Below the pieces are notes generated by a model. It did not search any database. It was given only the letters and a program-made list of their open reading frames with translations, and was not told the origin of the DNA. Of a stretch of DNA of 64,000 bases, positions 9,931 to 21,015 are shown piece after piece. The stretch is from an uncultured Pseudomonadota bacterium (GTDB taxonomy: Bacteria; Oederibacteriota; Muellerivitia; Muellerivitales; Muellerivitaceae), in NCBI GenBank assembly GCA_963843375.1, contig CAWJKT010000006.1:96001-160000 (forward strand), given 5' to 3'. Position 1 is the stretch's first letter. Each line of letters begins with the position of its first letter. Both the position numbers and the translations under genes were made by a program.

Positions 9931-10785
9931 ATGAATTTTTCTAAGATATTCTTTTTTCTGGCGGTCGCCGGGTGTTGTACCCCGCTTTGGGCGGTGCCCG
10001 CAACGGTCGAAAACCTGGATTATAAAATCACACTTTCGGAAACTCTTCCGGGCATCGATGACCAAGTCGTGCCGCAAATGGGTCCTACGATCACCGTTAC
10101 CATCCAGGATAAATTTCGTTCAACGGGTATGGTTTATCCATTAAACGTTTATGCCATCAACGATTATGCCTTGTCGGGGGACTTTTTAAATCTTCTTTGC
10201 CGGGTCACACCCAAAATTTCCGATGGGGGCCCCCGTTACACCTTCATCCAATTGAACCTCTCTTCACCTTCCGATTCCAAGCAATTTCAACCTTTGAAAA
10301 CATTTTCCTTTTCTCCAGGCAACCAATATCTCTTGGCCGTTTTTGACGGGATAGACCAGGCCGATTCCATCGGTCTAATCCAGCTTGATGGATCCGCCAA
10401 GATGGGCTGGCTTTATTCCAATAAATTCACGATTAATCTTTTTCAAAAAGCCCAGCCCGCCATGGCCCGGGGGATTGTCCTGAACAATCCCATCGGGTGG
10501 TCGGGGGATTCCTCAACCGCCATTTTTGTCGCCTCCGCGAGCGATGGCACCCAGGACGCTCAAGGCAAAACGGTTCAAAAGGACTATTTGACCCGCTTGG
10601 AGTTGAACGGGGATGATTTCAACCTGGCAGCCGAACCCATCGATTTGTCTTCTTACCATTACCGCGACGGTTCGATCATTTCGGACATTAAGTGTTCTCC
10701 GGACAAGGCCACCCTTTCTTTCAGCCAATCCAACTCATCGGACATCCTTCAGGCCGATTTTCCGCTTCCCGCACTCCCCCATTAA
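9931..10785 (+). CDS. Exported hypothetical protein (possible lipobox VAGC)
   Basis: GGAGA RBS, hydrophobic N-terminal signal, 284-aa ORF; no family recognised. Confidence 0.65.
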   Translation: MNFSKIFFFLAVAGCCTPLWAVPATVENLDYKITLSETLPGIDDQVVPQMGPTITVTIQDKFRSTGMVYPLNVYAINDYALSGDFLNLLCRVTPKISDGGPRYTFIQLNLSSPSDSKQFQPLKTFSFSPGNQYLLAVFDGIDQADSIGLIQLDGSAKMGWLYSNKFTINLFQKAQPAMARGIVLNNPIGWSGDSSTAIFVASASDGTQDAQGKTVQKDYLTRLELNGDDFNLAAEPIDLSSYHYRDGSIISDIKCSPDKATLSFSQSNSSDILQADFPLPALPH

Positions 10786-10849
10786 GTTTTAACAATTCTT
10801 TTGCATTGGCCCGAAGGGTCATTGGCTTAGGTTGTTGTACAATAGATCC

Positions 10850-12144
10850 GTGGATTCCTTCACTTTCAACACCGATGGCACTCCGATCCCGCCCCATCCC
10901 CGCCCCTCGTGGGTGAAGGATCATATCCGCCGATTCAACCGCGGCCTAGAACCCCGCACCCGGGAAATGAAATTTTCCCTCATGGTCCAGTCCCCCTGGG
11001 CTTTCTTCCGCGCACGAACCATCTTTTTTGGGCGGACTTCGGGAAAAGTGATTGGTCCGAAGCTTTTGGCGGGGACAAGGCCACCCGCACATGGATCAAC
11101 GGCGACCTTCAATGGGACAATTTCGGGAGTTTCACCGACGCCACCGGCAGGTTGGTTTACGACCTTAACAGCTTCGACCAATCCATCGTGGCGGATTACC
11201 AGTTCGACCTATGGCGTTTGGGCGTGAGCCTGGTACTTTTAAGTCGGAAAAATAAAAAAAATCCCAAGGCCATCCGCAGAATGTTGGTGGAATGCGCCCG
11301 GGGTTATTGGCGGGAAATCAAAAGCTGTCGCTGGTATAAATCCCTTAGCCAAGCCCCCTGGGACGAAGAACAATCCGCCCAATCCCTGCGCCATTATTTG
11401 ATTCATGTCCGCAAACATTATGGCTTTCCCAATTTGCTGGAGAACTGGACCAAACCCGGGAAGGGCGGACTGGCTTTTAAAACCAAAGGGAATCCCGACT
11501 TGGAAATTGTCTCCAAAGAAGCCACCCGAAAATTGGAAAAAACCTTGAAGGATTATGCCCTGCGCCTCAAACCCTGGCCGGTGGAGAAACCACGGGTTTT
11601 CGAAATCGAATGCCTTGCCCAGCGATTGAACTCCGAACCCGGTTCGGAGGGACAGAAACATTATTACGCATTGGTACGAGTGCGAGAAGAGGCTCAGAAC
11701 CCTTATCGGATATTACAAATCAAGCAACAGGTGGAACCCGGTGCCTGGAATTATTTGTCCCGGAAGTCCCTGCGAAAAACCCGCAGGCTTTGCGGGAATA
11801 ACCATGCCCTCCGGGTGGAACTAGCCTGCCAATCCTTAAGCCGTCAACCCGATCCCTGGCTGGGACGATTGGAATGGAAGGGGGATGATTATACCGTCGG
11901 CGAATTGTCGCCTTACACCGGGGTCCTGCCCCACGACATGTTGGATGAAAACAGCGCCTACCAATTGGGAGGAATCCTGGCCCGGGCTCATTGCCGCACC
12001 AAGGGCGGTTTCGCCAAGAACGCGTTCGAATGCATCAAAAGGGATAAAAAGGAATTCCGGCGATTGATTGCCGACCTTTCTTTAGCATATGCCGACCAGG
12101 TTGAGGAAGACTACCGGAGCTTCTGTGAGGCCGAATTGGTATAA
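10850..12144 (+). CDS. DUF2252 family protein (kinase-like), split by a 1-nt indel near 11010
   Basis: KF..M..SPWAFFR joins TNHLFWADF...GDL.WDNFG..LVYDLN.FD..DLWRL; the C-terminus is LARAHCR..YADQVEEDY. Two overlapping frames. Confidence 0.8.
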
Positions 12145-12167
12145 CTCCCCGAATCAATTCCAACAAA

Positions 12168-12713
12168 TCAAGGCGATGAAGACGCTTCCAGTTCCTCGAG
12201 CTTCGGTCCCACCAAATCGCCCAAATGACTTCCGGCATTAAACAAAACAAATCCAAAAACGATCAGCCCAAATGCCAAGGCCATAAAAGACCAGAGGTGC
12301 CGTGATTCAAAACGCTTAATAGACCTTGCGTAAGCTACCAATCCAATGAGGGCCGCCACCACGATGACCGCGTCCAAGCTCACTCTTTGCCAATAGCTGC
12401 CCCCCAGATGAAGCCACATCCCAAACTCATCAAAAGTCAGAGCCATGGCGAACCCGTAAAGAAGCGCGGTGATTTCCGCAGCGTGTCCGGTTGGCCTTCG
12501 AAACACGCTGTACCCTCCCACAGCGGAGAGAAGAAAAATTCCATAATTCAAGTGATGGACATGAGTGCCTCGAAGAAAGAAATACATATTTGGAATCTGG
12601 TGCGACATGATCAGGAAAACATCCACCCGTGCGATAAGAAAAGTCATCAGGAAAGCGAACAGGGCCCTCCGCGCCAAACGGTGGGTTGTTTCGGTGACGA
12701 ATAGATGATACAT
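12168..12713 (-). CDS. Integral membrane protein with HxHH and LTFDE motifs
   Basis: Several TM segments, HVHHLNYGI and LTFDEFGMWLHL. Confidence 0.7.
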   Translation of the reverse strand: MYHLFVTETTHRLARRALFAFLMTFLIARVDVFLIMSHQIPNMYFFLRGTHVHHLNYGIFLLSAVGGYSVFRRPTGHAAEITALLYGFAMALTFDEFGMWLHLGGSYWQRVSLDAVIVVAALIGLVAYARSIKRFESRHLWSFMALAFGLIVFGFVLFNAGSHLGDLVGPKLEELEASSSP

Positions 12714-12762
12714 TCATGGATTTTTTTACCACTAAACGGTATCCCCGGTTTTCAAAGCCACC

Positions 12763-13055
12763 TTATGATTTCCGCGAAGCAACAAACGCTTTCACGGCGG
12801 ACAGAGCATTATCCAATGGAGGGATGCCAATAACCGTCACATACTCGATTTTCTTTTGTTCATTTTGAAAACCCCAACCGAAGGCTAATTTCGCCTGAGG
12901 ATGGTCCTTGAGCTGAACACCTCAACTTTTCCTTTCCATACCACCTGACCGTCGATCGCCAATCGGGCAGGCTGGGTCTGAAAATGAACCGCGGTGCATT
13001 TGGCCCTATTTTCAATTGCGGTTAAAAGCGCTTCACGATATTCCTTGTAATCCAT
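12763..13055 (-). CDS. Small conserved hypothetical protein (about 97 aa) with a 1-nt deletion near 12915
   Basis: Manual translation: MDYKEYREALLTAIENRAKCTAVHFQTQPARLAIDGQVVWKGKVEVF / QLKDHPQAKLAFGWGFQNEQKKIEYVTVIGIPPLDNALSAVKAFVASRKS*. The span is 293 nt, one short of in-frame. Confidence 0.65.
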
Positions 13056-13200
13056 AAATTGATGTTCCTTTGATTAAAATTCACTGTTCAGTTTTTTCAG
13101 GCAATTCTTCTAAATAAGGCCGCTTTTTAAAAACTGAAAGACCCAAAATTTTAAAAAATACAGTCTTTCCCCACACTTGAGGTTGGAAATCAAGTACCGC

Positions 13201-14418
13201 CTAGTATTTCGGCGCGATCGTTAAGGTGGCCATGGGGCTTTCACCGACCTTCGGAATTCACTGTGGTAATTCCAAAGATATAAGATTTTCCCGGCTTCAT
13301 TTTCTTGAGCGTAACGGTGGTTTCAAGCAAAAGACTTTTATTTGCCTTTCGAGAAACCCATCGGATTCTGTTTTCTTCACGTAAAAATTGTAACCTGCCA
13401 CCCTTTATCTTGAACATCATTCCAATGAAGGATAACCCATCCCCGTCCCCATTTCATAATCCAGTCCCCCTGGTGCGGGTAGAATAGGGGCTTCAGAGGG
13501 GCCAAACCGGTAACTCAGCGAAATTTGACTGCCATACCCCAGGTCGCCTAAGTGTGGTCAGGGCGTAATCCAATTCCGCTTGCTCCAATTTTACTCCCAC
13601 CCCCGCCGATAATCCGGCTAATCCCTGAAGGTTTCCATAACCAGCCAGGCGATATCCTGCCCGTAAAGCCACCGTCCCCCTATACCAATACTCGGTCGCC
13701 GATACCCGCGGTGGAGGCCGTGGAATCATTAAGGGTCAAATTTCCATCCAGACCCAACAATAACAAGTGACTCGCCGAGAGCCGGTTGACATAGGAGGCC
13801 GCCACATCCAAGGAAGAAGGAAGATTGGACCCTTCCAGGGTTCCACCCAGGTTCAATAGCGCCACACTGGCTCCCAACCCCGTCGGATAATTCTTGTATT
13901 TCAACCCCGCATCCAACGCCCAGTGGAGGAACTCATGCCGCTTACCAGGTTTTCCATGATGAATTTTCCATCCACTCCCAATTCCAATCCGCGAAACAAG
14001 GTCAGACCCACTCCCCCGTAAAGATCCAGTCCCATGGGGTTGAAGCTACCGTTGGCCACCGGATTCCCAGAAGAATTCAGGTTATAGAAATCCACTTGGC
14101 CAAAGTCAAAGTAATCCCCCCCCAGGGCCAGCCCCCAGTTTCCGAATCCATGGCCATAAGCCAAGTGTTCCACTGTCAGGTTTTGAGCCCAAATATTGTG
14201 AAGTAATTCAGCTTCATTTCCCGAAAGTTCCGCCAGACCCGCCGGGTTTACCCCAGGGCATCCACATCGTCCACCATGGCCCCCACAGCCCCGGACAGGG
14301 CGGCCTGCCGCGTGCTGGTAGGAATTTGAAGCCAGGAGGCAGCGATATCGTCGGCATGGGCCAACCCTGGGGCGAACCCCAACATGACAATCAGAATTTC
14401 CTTCTTCGTTATATTCAT
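13201..14418 (-). CDS. PorV/PorQ-family beta-barrel with a C-terminal fibronectin type III domain (multiple indels)
   Basis: Fragments join as: signal peptide, WLQIPTSTRQAALSGA, NPAGLA, H..W, EHLAY, DAGLKY, LLNLG, LP, EYWY..TVALRAGY, GLSAGVG, DYA...ISLSYRF. An FN3-like tail follows: VILHWND..VAGYNFYVK...MKPGKSYIFGITTVNSEG.ES*. Confidence 0.8.
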
Positions 14419-14452
14419 TAATATTTCCCGCTTTTTATATCTGATCGTGTGA

Positions 14453-16683
14453 TTAAGGCGTAATGACAATCTTTTTCCAAATGGTTGCCTTCGTATTGTC
14501 GGCATAATCCAACTTCACCCGCACTAGATAAACCCCCGCAGCCGTTCCCGCCGTATTCCAACAATCGTTAAGGCCCGACGAAAAAGAGATACTGGCCTGT
14601 GACTCCCCTATAAAATTAAAAACATCCCATTGGCTGCTTTGGATCGGCCTGTCCGGATAAAGACATATAGTGCCGCCCTTGGGAACAGGAACAGGCGCTA
14701 AGATCGGCTGACCAAAAGAAGATAATATGGGGGTAGGGGTTGAGGTGGGGGTGGAAGTAGGGGTGAAAGTAAAGGTTGGGGTACAAGTGTTGCCAGGATA
14801 GCCGCAAGGTGTAAAAGTGAAAGTCGGCGTGGGTGAATTGGTAGGGGTAAAAGTAAACGTAGGGGTAAATGTGGGAGTGAGTGTGGGTGCCAAACCCACT
14901 AGGTCGTTGATAAGATTTTGCCCATTGGGACTTCCCCAGCCGGTAGCCAAGTCAAAACCGGAAACGGCCGGAAATTGGGTGACACTGCCGTTGTTACCCG
15001 TATCGATATCGTGGAAATCGTTGTTGTAATCAGGCCCTTTGCCAATCGTGTATAGATCCTGATTTGCAAATCCTATCGAACCCAATCCCATATTCGCAGC
15101 CTGTTGATTGACTAGCGCGGTAAACCCGGCCCAAAGGGGCGCCGAGGCGCTCGTCCCCCCATCATCATCTTTCCCTAAGCAATCGTAAACAAAGCAATCG
15201 GCTCCTACCATGGAAACATCCGGAACATTTCGGTAGGTTGGGGAAACGTAATTGGAACTTGTGTTGAGCCCGGCTTGATAGGGTGCGTAGCTCGAAAGGG
15301 AATCACCAGTGATGGTGCCGGATAATACCCCTCCCGTAGAAAAAAACTGAATCGCATTGGATGGTGAGGTTGACACTGGAACTTCGGAAGACCAGGCCAG
15401 AGGGCTTCCGCTCATGGTCAACTCAGTGGCCCCCACCAAGGTTTCATCAATTTCGTCGTCATTTCCCAAGCTGGTGTCCCCATAAGGGGGATCCGAAGTG
15501 AAGCCCCCATAAGTTACAAATTCATCATCAGCCACCTCTTCAATGTTCCCGTCACCCGCCGCGAGAAAATAAGACTGCCCCTGAGCGGCAAATTCACTCA
15601 GACAATTGTTATCCGTAGTACGATCGGGATCCCAACCCCAGGAACAACTGATCTGCTTACAGGTATCATCGGAAGCAATACGGGCCAATATGCTGTCTTG
15701 GTCGCTTCCCATATAAACGAATACTCTTTCAAGGCCTGGCGCCATGGACATGGATAACTCAATGTCCATGGCCACTTCGATTTCGGGAAAATTATCAGCT
15801 TCCGTGCAATCAATCGGACTTTGTGAATTGAGGGTGTTATCCGCATAAACATTGGAAACGGGGACATTGGGACTAATATTGGCTATGCTTTCATAATTAG
15901 TGATATCACTTGCCGTATAAACCGTGAACTCGACCACCGCCAAAGATTGCCCGGTCCCGGTGAGCGTTACCCCTGGTACGTAAGCGTTGCGATAGTCGCT
16001 GCCCATAAAAGTACCGTTACCCTCAATCGAAGGTCCCGATCCGCCCAGATGACTGACGGCCCTCACAGTTGAAGACTTCCGCAGACGAGGCCTGGGATGG
16101 AATTCGTTGTCGAGTCCGCTGATATGTTGAATTTGAACATCTGAATCCAAAGAAGGTTCCTGGTCCGGGGCATAGAAAACACTCCCGTCGGGCCGCCGAT
16201 AGTCGTTGATATGAACATAAAATGCTTTTTCGACGTCTTGAGTTGAACCGCTTACATCCAAAACCAACCGATTGTTAAAAGTGGCTGTAACTTTCAAATG
16301 ATGGGAAAGCGCGAAATCCTGAAGTGCCTGGTAATCCTGTTCGGAAGGACCGAACATTTCGACGAATTGCCCCGGGTTGAGGTAATGACGGTACGAAGGA
16401 CTACGAGGGTCGTAAAGTTGCTTTAAAAAATAATCGAGTTTTTGGGTGTTTCGAAGGGGCAAAGAAAGAGCCAACCGAATCGGGGAAACGCCATCATGAG
16501 GGCCTACCAGCGGAGCCGTTGGAATCGATTGGTTTCGATGCCCTTTAAGTTGTTGTTTGCCTGCGGCCCATATTCTTGCTTCGCTTCCCCCAAAAAGATT
16601 ACCATCGCAAAAAAGGCCGTCAGAATTGGATGAGAGACGCAATTTGTTTGTTTTTTCAATGTTTTTCCACGAAACCGACACAT
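14453..16683 (-). CDS. Secreted S53 (sedolisin/kumamolisin) peptidase with prodomain, TP linker and T9SS-like CTD
   Basis: Prodomain (LYDP.SPSYRHYL...F...FGP), catalytic EVAMD, SCSWG, AAGD, PDVS and GGTSASAPLWAG, plus FDLATGWGSP. The signal peptide is restored by adding one G in the run near 16587 (ATG at 16683). Confidence 0.9.
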
Positions 16684-16831
16684 GATTTCATTCCAATAAT
16701 TAAGATTATCACAGGATATCGGGCTTTAGACATTCCAAATATGGTTTCCTTAAATAAGCAAATCAAGGAATTTACATATTTTTAAAACGCATGATGAAGT
16801 TTTGAACGGCGGAACTCATTTTTAGCTCTTC

Positions 16832-17494
16832 CTACCCCCATCGATTGATATCCCTGCTCTCGATCCATTTTTCGGGGGAACCTTCTTTTGCAAGCCTGAT
16901 CATCGCCCGCCCCACTTTCCGGGTGGTTGTAACGGAATCAGGAAAAAGCCGTTTGAAAAAGGGAAAGAGCGGACCCATTATCGCCAAGGTTGCCCGAATC
17001 CATTTGTTCTTGGGTTTGATACCGTCCAATGGCTCTATGGCGCCCGGCCTGAACATATAAGCCGCTTTGAAGGGAAGACGAAGCAGGGCGTTTTCGGTTT
17101 CCCCTTTCACCCTGGCCCACATCACGCCCCCCTTTTCGGTGCTGTCGGTTCCCATTCCGGAGACGTAAATAAAGGTCATTGCGGGGTTCAACCTGGACAA
17201 AACATTCGCCGCCGCCAAGGTGAAATCGTAAGTCACGTGCCGGTAGGCCCGCTCATCCCTGCCTACCGAGGAAACACCCAGGCAAAAGAAACAGGCGTCA
17301 TAACCGCTCAATTGGCTTTCAATAGGAGAAAAATCCGAAAAATTTTCATGAATGATTTCACGCAACTTGGGGTGATTTTGTCCGGTAGTCCCCCGGCCAA
17401 TGACCAATACCTGAGTGACTTCGGGGTCCGCCAGGCATTCCCTGAGGACACCCTGCCCCACCATTCCTGTAGCTCCGAAAAGGATTGTCTTCAT
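16832..17494 (-). CDS. NAD(P)-binding atypical SDR/epimerase family protein
   Basis: FGATGMVG Rossmann motif, ACFFCLG and WARVKGETE; ATGA overlap with the uup stop. Confidence 0.88.
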   Translation of the reverse strand: MKTILFGATGMVGQGVLRECLADPEVTQVLVIGRGTTGQNHPKLREIIHENFSDFSPIESQLSGYDACFFCLGVSSVGRDERAYRHVTYDFTLAAANVLSRLNPAMTFIYVSGMGTDSTEKGGVMWARVKGETENALLRLPFKAAYMFRPGAIEPLDGIKPKNKWIRATLAIMGPLFPFFKRLFPDSVTTTRKVGRAMIRLAKEGSPEKWIESRDINRWG

Positions 17495-19326
17495 TTGGTC
17501 CCCACCTTATTCCGTTTGGCTTCCAATTCTTCCCAACGCCTGAAAAGTAAATCCAGTTTAGCCTGTTCAGCGTCGACCTTCTTTTGCTGCTGTCGCGTCT
17601 TGTGGACATCCGAGGCGATATCGGAATCCCCCAATTTGGCTTTGGCCGCCAGTAGTTTTTCCTCCGCGACCCGAAGGGCGGTTTCCATATCCTTGAGTTC
17701 CTGAGTTTCTTGGGTGGATAACACCTTGGAAGCCGCTTTTTCCGGCATGGGGTTTGTGGATGGGGATAGCTTCCCGCCATTATCCTTTCCCTTGGAGCGT
17801 TCCCGGTTCCGAAAGTCCTCCCATTGGGACAGGTCCGCAAAAAAGTCGGCGTGGCCCTTACCATCCAGCGCCAGGATTCGGTGGCTTAAGCGGTCGAGTA
17901 GATAACGGTCATGGGTCACCAATACCAAAGCCCCCGGAAATTCCACCAGGCTTTGTTCCAGCACTTCCAGGGAAGGAATATCCAAATCGTTCGTAGGCTC
18001 GTCTAACAAAAGCAAGTCCGCAGGCCTCAACATGAGCCGTGCGATCAACACACGGGACTGTTCCCCGCCGGAAAAACGGTTTAACGGTCTGTCCAATTGG
18101 TCCTTGTCAAAAAGAAACCGGGTGGCCCAGCTAGCCACATGGATACGGCTTTCTTTATAACTCACGTAATCGCCCGTTTCGCAAAGGGCCTTGCGCAAGG
18201 TTTGGTTTAAATCCAATTGGTCGCGGTGTTGGTCGAAAGTCACGACCCGCAACCTTTCCGCCTGTTTAACGGTCCCGGAATCTGGCTGGATTTCGCCCGC
18301 CAGCATCTTCAACAGGGTGCTTTTGCCGCTGCCGTTTTCCCCCAACAGACCCAGCTTATCACCCGGCGTAAGCAGCAAATCCAAAGTCCCAAAAAGCTTC
18401 CGCCCGCCCAGGCTCTTGGTCACCTTTTCCGCCGCGACCAGGCGTTTAGTCTGGCGTTCACTTCCGGAGAAATCGATGTCCACGCTTTTTCCCTGGGAGT
18501 TGCGGTACTTCAATTCACCCAGTTCACCCATCAATTCTCCGGCCCGGTCAATGCGGGCCTGCTGCTTGGTCTGGCGGGCTTTGGGGCCCCGGCGCAACCA
18601 TTCAATTTCACGGCGCACCAGGTTGGCCACGGTATCCTCGCGCTGGGCTTGGCTGTTGAAAAGATTGTCCTTTTTTTCCAAAAACTGACTGTAATTCCCC
18701 TCATTGCTGAAATAACCTTCCGGATAGCCTTTGTTCAATTCGATCACGCGGTTGCTTACCTGCTCCAAAAAACGCCGGTCATGGGTCACGACAAGAAATG
18801 AGAAATTCAGGGTTTCCATATAATCTTCGAGCCAAAGCACGCCTTCCATATCCAGGTGGTTGGTGGGCTCGTCCAGCAACAACAAATCCGGTTCCCTGAG
18901 GATCTGCGTCAAGATAGCAAGCCTTTTTCGCCAGCCGCCCGAAAGCTTCGTGACCTTTTGGCCGGGGTCGGTGAACCCGGCGTCATCAAGCCCGGCTTCC
19001 ACCCGAATGTCGACCTCATAATCTTCCAGTCCCAATCCCTCCAGGCCTTTGGCCAGCGCGGATCGGACATCCAAGTCCTCTTTGGAATCCTCAAACCGGT
19101 CCTGCTGGGCCAGATAACCGACCCGAAGCCCCTTTCGGGAAGAGATAATTCCGCTATCCGGTTTGTCGAGTCCTGCGAGTATTTTGATCAGTGTGGATTT
19201 GCCCGTCCCGTTGGGCCCAATGAGCCCTGTGCGCTCCCCATCAAAGAGGCCGAAAGAGAGGTTCTCAAAAAGCGGTCGGGCGCCAAAGCTTTTGGCTAGG
19301 TTTTGACAACTCAACAGAATTCCCAC
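17491..19326 (-). CDS. uup: ABC-F family ATPase Uup
   Basis: Two ABC domains (GPNGTGKST/LSGGW/DEPTNHLD and GENGSGKST/FSGGE/DEPTNDLD), EIEWLRRGPKAR linker and C-terminal coiled coil; probable GTG start at 19326. Confidence 0.9.
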   Translation of the reverse strand: MGILLSCQNLAKSFGARPLFENLSFGLFDGERTGLIGPNGTGKSTLIKILAGLDKPDSGIISSRKGLRVGYLAQQDRFEDSKEDLDVRSALAKGLEGLGLEDYEVDIRVEAGLDDAGFTDPGQKVTKLSGGWRKRLAILTQILREPDLLLLDEPTNHLDMEGVLWLEDYMETLNFSFLVVTHDRRFLEQVSNRVIELNKGYPEGYFSNEGNYSQFLEKKDNLFNSQAQREDTVANLVRREIEWLRRGPKARQTKQQARIDRAGELMGELGELKYRNSQGKSVDIDFSGSERQTKRLVAAEKVTKSLGGRKLFGTLDLLLTPGDKLGLLGENGSGKSTLLKMLAGEIQPDSGTVKQAERLRVVTFDQHRDQLDLNQTLRKALCETGDYVSYKESRIHVASWATRFLFDKDQLDRPLNRFSGGEQSRVLIARLMLRPADLLLLDEPTNDLDIPSLEVLEQSLVEFPGALVLVTHDRYLLDRLSHRILALDGKGHADFFADLSQWEDFRNRERSKGKDNGGKLSPSTNPMPEKAASKVLSTQETQELKDMETALRVAEEKLLAAKAKLGDSDIASDVHKTRQQQKKVDAEQAKLDLLFRRWEELEAKRNKVGTK

Positions 19327-19587
19327 GTTAATAATCCTTGGTTTGGAGATGTCCGATTTGCCGGCACCCCGCTCGTAAGCGAAGTTCGGTCTCATTTCTC
19401 TCATGACTAAAGTGGTTTGAAAATGAGGGGGGTAGGATAAGGCGGCGGCGATCAAAAGCAAAGACCAATTAATTCGGGCTTTAGAAACGGAGGTTTAGGG
19501 GAAGAATTGCGGCATGGCCATTAAAAAAATCAGACCCATTCCCCTTTGGGGAGATGTCGGGTGGTCGAGGCGAAGACCCGGCCATTT

Positions 19588-19941
19588 TCAGAAACCATTA
19601 TTGGCGGCACTTTCAACGCTTGGAAAGGATTTCATAATTCGGTTGAATTCCAAAAGCTCAAACACTTCGGTCACCGCGGGATTCATTCCGGAGAGGATCA
19701 AATCCCCTTTTTCTTTGCGGATACGTTTTATCTGGCTTACAAAAACCCCCCAACCCGTGCTGGCGATGTATTGGACTTCTTTCAAATCAATAATGAGCTT
19801 GAATTTTTTGTTCTTCAACAGCCAAAGCAACTCTTTCTCAAAATCGGGAGTGGTGCGGCTGTCGAGGGACCCCTTGACCGAAAGAAGGGTTATGTTTTTT
19901 TTGACGGGATGATCGGTTACTTGAACCGTTATGTTTTCCAT
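19588..19941 (-). CDS. Anti-sigma factor antagonist (STAS domain)
   Basis: GSLDS and IIDLKEVQYIASTGWGVF (conserved phosphorylatable Ser region), VFELLEF. Confidence 0.88.
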   Translation of the reverse strand: MENITVQVTDHPVKKNITLLSVKGSLDSRTTPDFEKELLWLLKNKKFKLIIDLKEVQYIASTGWGVFVSQIKRIRKEKGDLILSGMNPAVTEVFELLEFNRIMKSFPSVESAANNGF

Positions 19942-20133
19942 GTCGCTTCTGTCCTTCAAGAACCTCGAGTATGCAAACTTCGCGTCAAGAAATAACATCC
20001 CTCACGGAATAATTCAATCTAACAACGATGGGTTTTTGAAGATCGTTTTAAATTTTTCGAAATTGTTTCAAGAGGTTTGGTTGAAGGTTTGTACGTTTTT
20101 CGGAGTTAAACGGACCACCCGGTTGGATTCGAA

Positions 20134-20763
20134 TCAGATTTTTACGGGTTCGGTCTCCCACCTCTTGAGCGTGTATATCTTGTTCGCCAACAATACCGCC
20201 AAAAAGCGAGGAAATTGCATTTCGATCATTTTCAACCGCACATTTTCATGCATCATTTCCATGGTCATCTTGGGATCGGTGTAAAGACCCGATTGGTAAC
20301 ACCGGCGGCAAAAGTTTTCCGAAAACCCGCCGTTTTTTTCCGTTCCTTTTTCAAAATCCTTGCGGATGGGGGTGGCGCAGCTTTGGCAAATTAACTTGGA
20401 AAATTTCATGCGCTTGGCCGCCAATTCCTCCTCCAGTTGCGTTCCTTCAACCGGCAATCCCGCTTTATGCCATTCCTGGAGGCCGCCTGAATAATTCAAC
20501 GCCCGAAGTCCATGATCCTCCAGAGCCTTGACCGCCAGATAGCTTTCCAAAAGGCCGAAACGATCACCATAGGCGACAAAGGATTTCGCTTTTCCGTATT
20601 TCTCTTCGACTTCCTTGGAAAACACCGCGGGGTCTCCCGTCATGGGATGGCTTTGGGAACCATTAATATGAAGTCTCTTAAAATCTCCCTTGGAAAGAAC
20701 GTTCAAGACAACCACTTGGTCGCCTTTCATTTTTTCGAACAATTCAAGCATATTTATTTTCAT
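20134..20763 (-). CDS. Rhodanese-like domain lacking the catalytic Cys, fused to a putative zinc ribbon
   Basis: VLNVL..HINGS..YSGGLQEW rhodanese scaffold; C-terminal CQSC..GTE..G..FCRRCY..G. Confidence 0.75.
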   Translation of the reverse strand: MKINMLELFEKMKGDQVVVLNVLSKGDFKRLHINGSQSHPMTGDPAVFSKEVEEKYGKAKSFVAYGDRFGLLESYLAVKALEDHGLRALNYSGGLQEWHKAGLPVEGTQLEEELAAKRMKFSKLICQSCATPIRKDFEKGTEKNGGFSENFCRRCYQSGLYTDPKMTMEMMHENVRLKMIEMQFPRFLAVLLANKIYTLKRWETEPVKI

Positions 20764-21015
20764 CGTTGAAATTCCTTTCGTGACTTAACCGGCGGACGAT
20801 AAAACTCTTCTGGAAGGAAGCGGCTCGTGTCGAATAGGTCTTGCTTAACTATAGGCCTTATTAGGCAAAGAAAGGGATAAATCGCCCATGATTACGGCCC
20901 AAAAGGGTTACCCATTAACTTGGCCGCAATTAGCCTACTTGCCTTAAAGAGACGAACGGCGTAAAGTTAAAGCATAAATCAATCGCCGGTAAACCGGCTC
21001 AACGAGGAGAAAACA

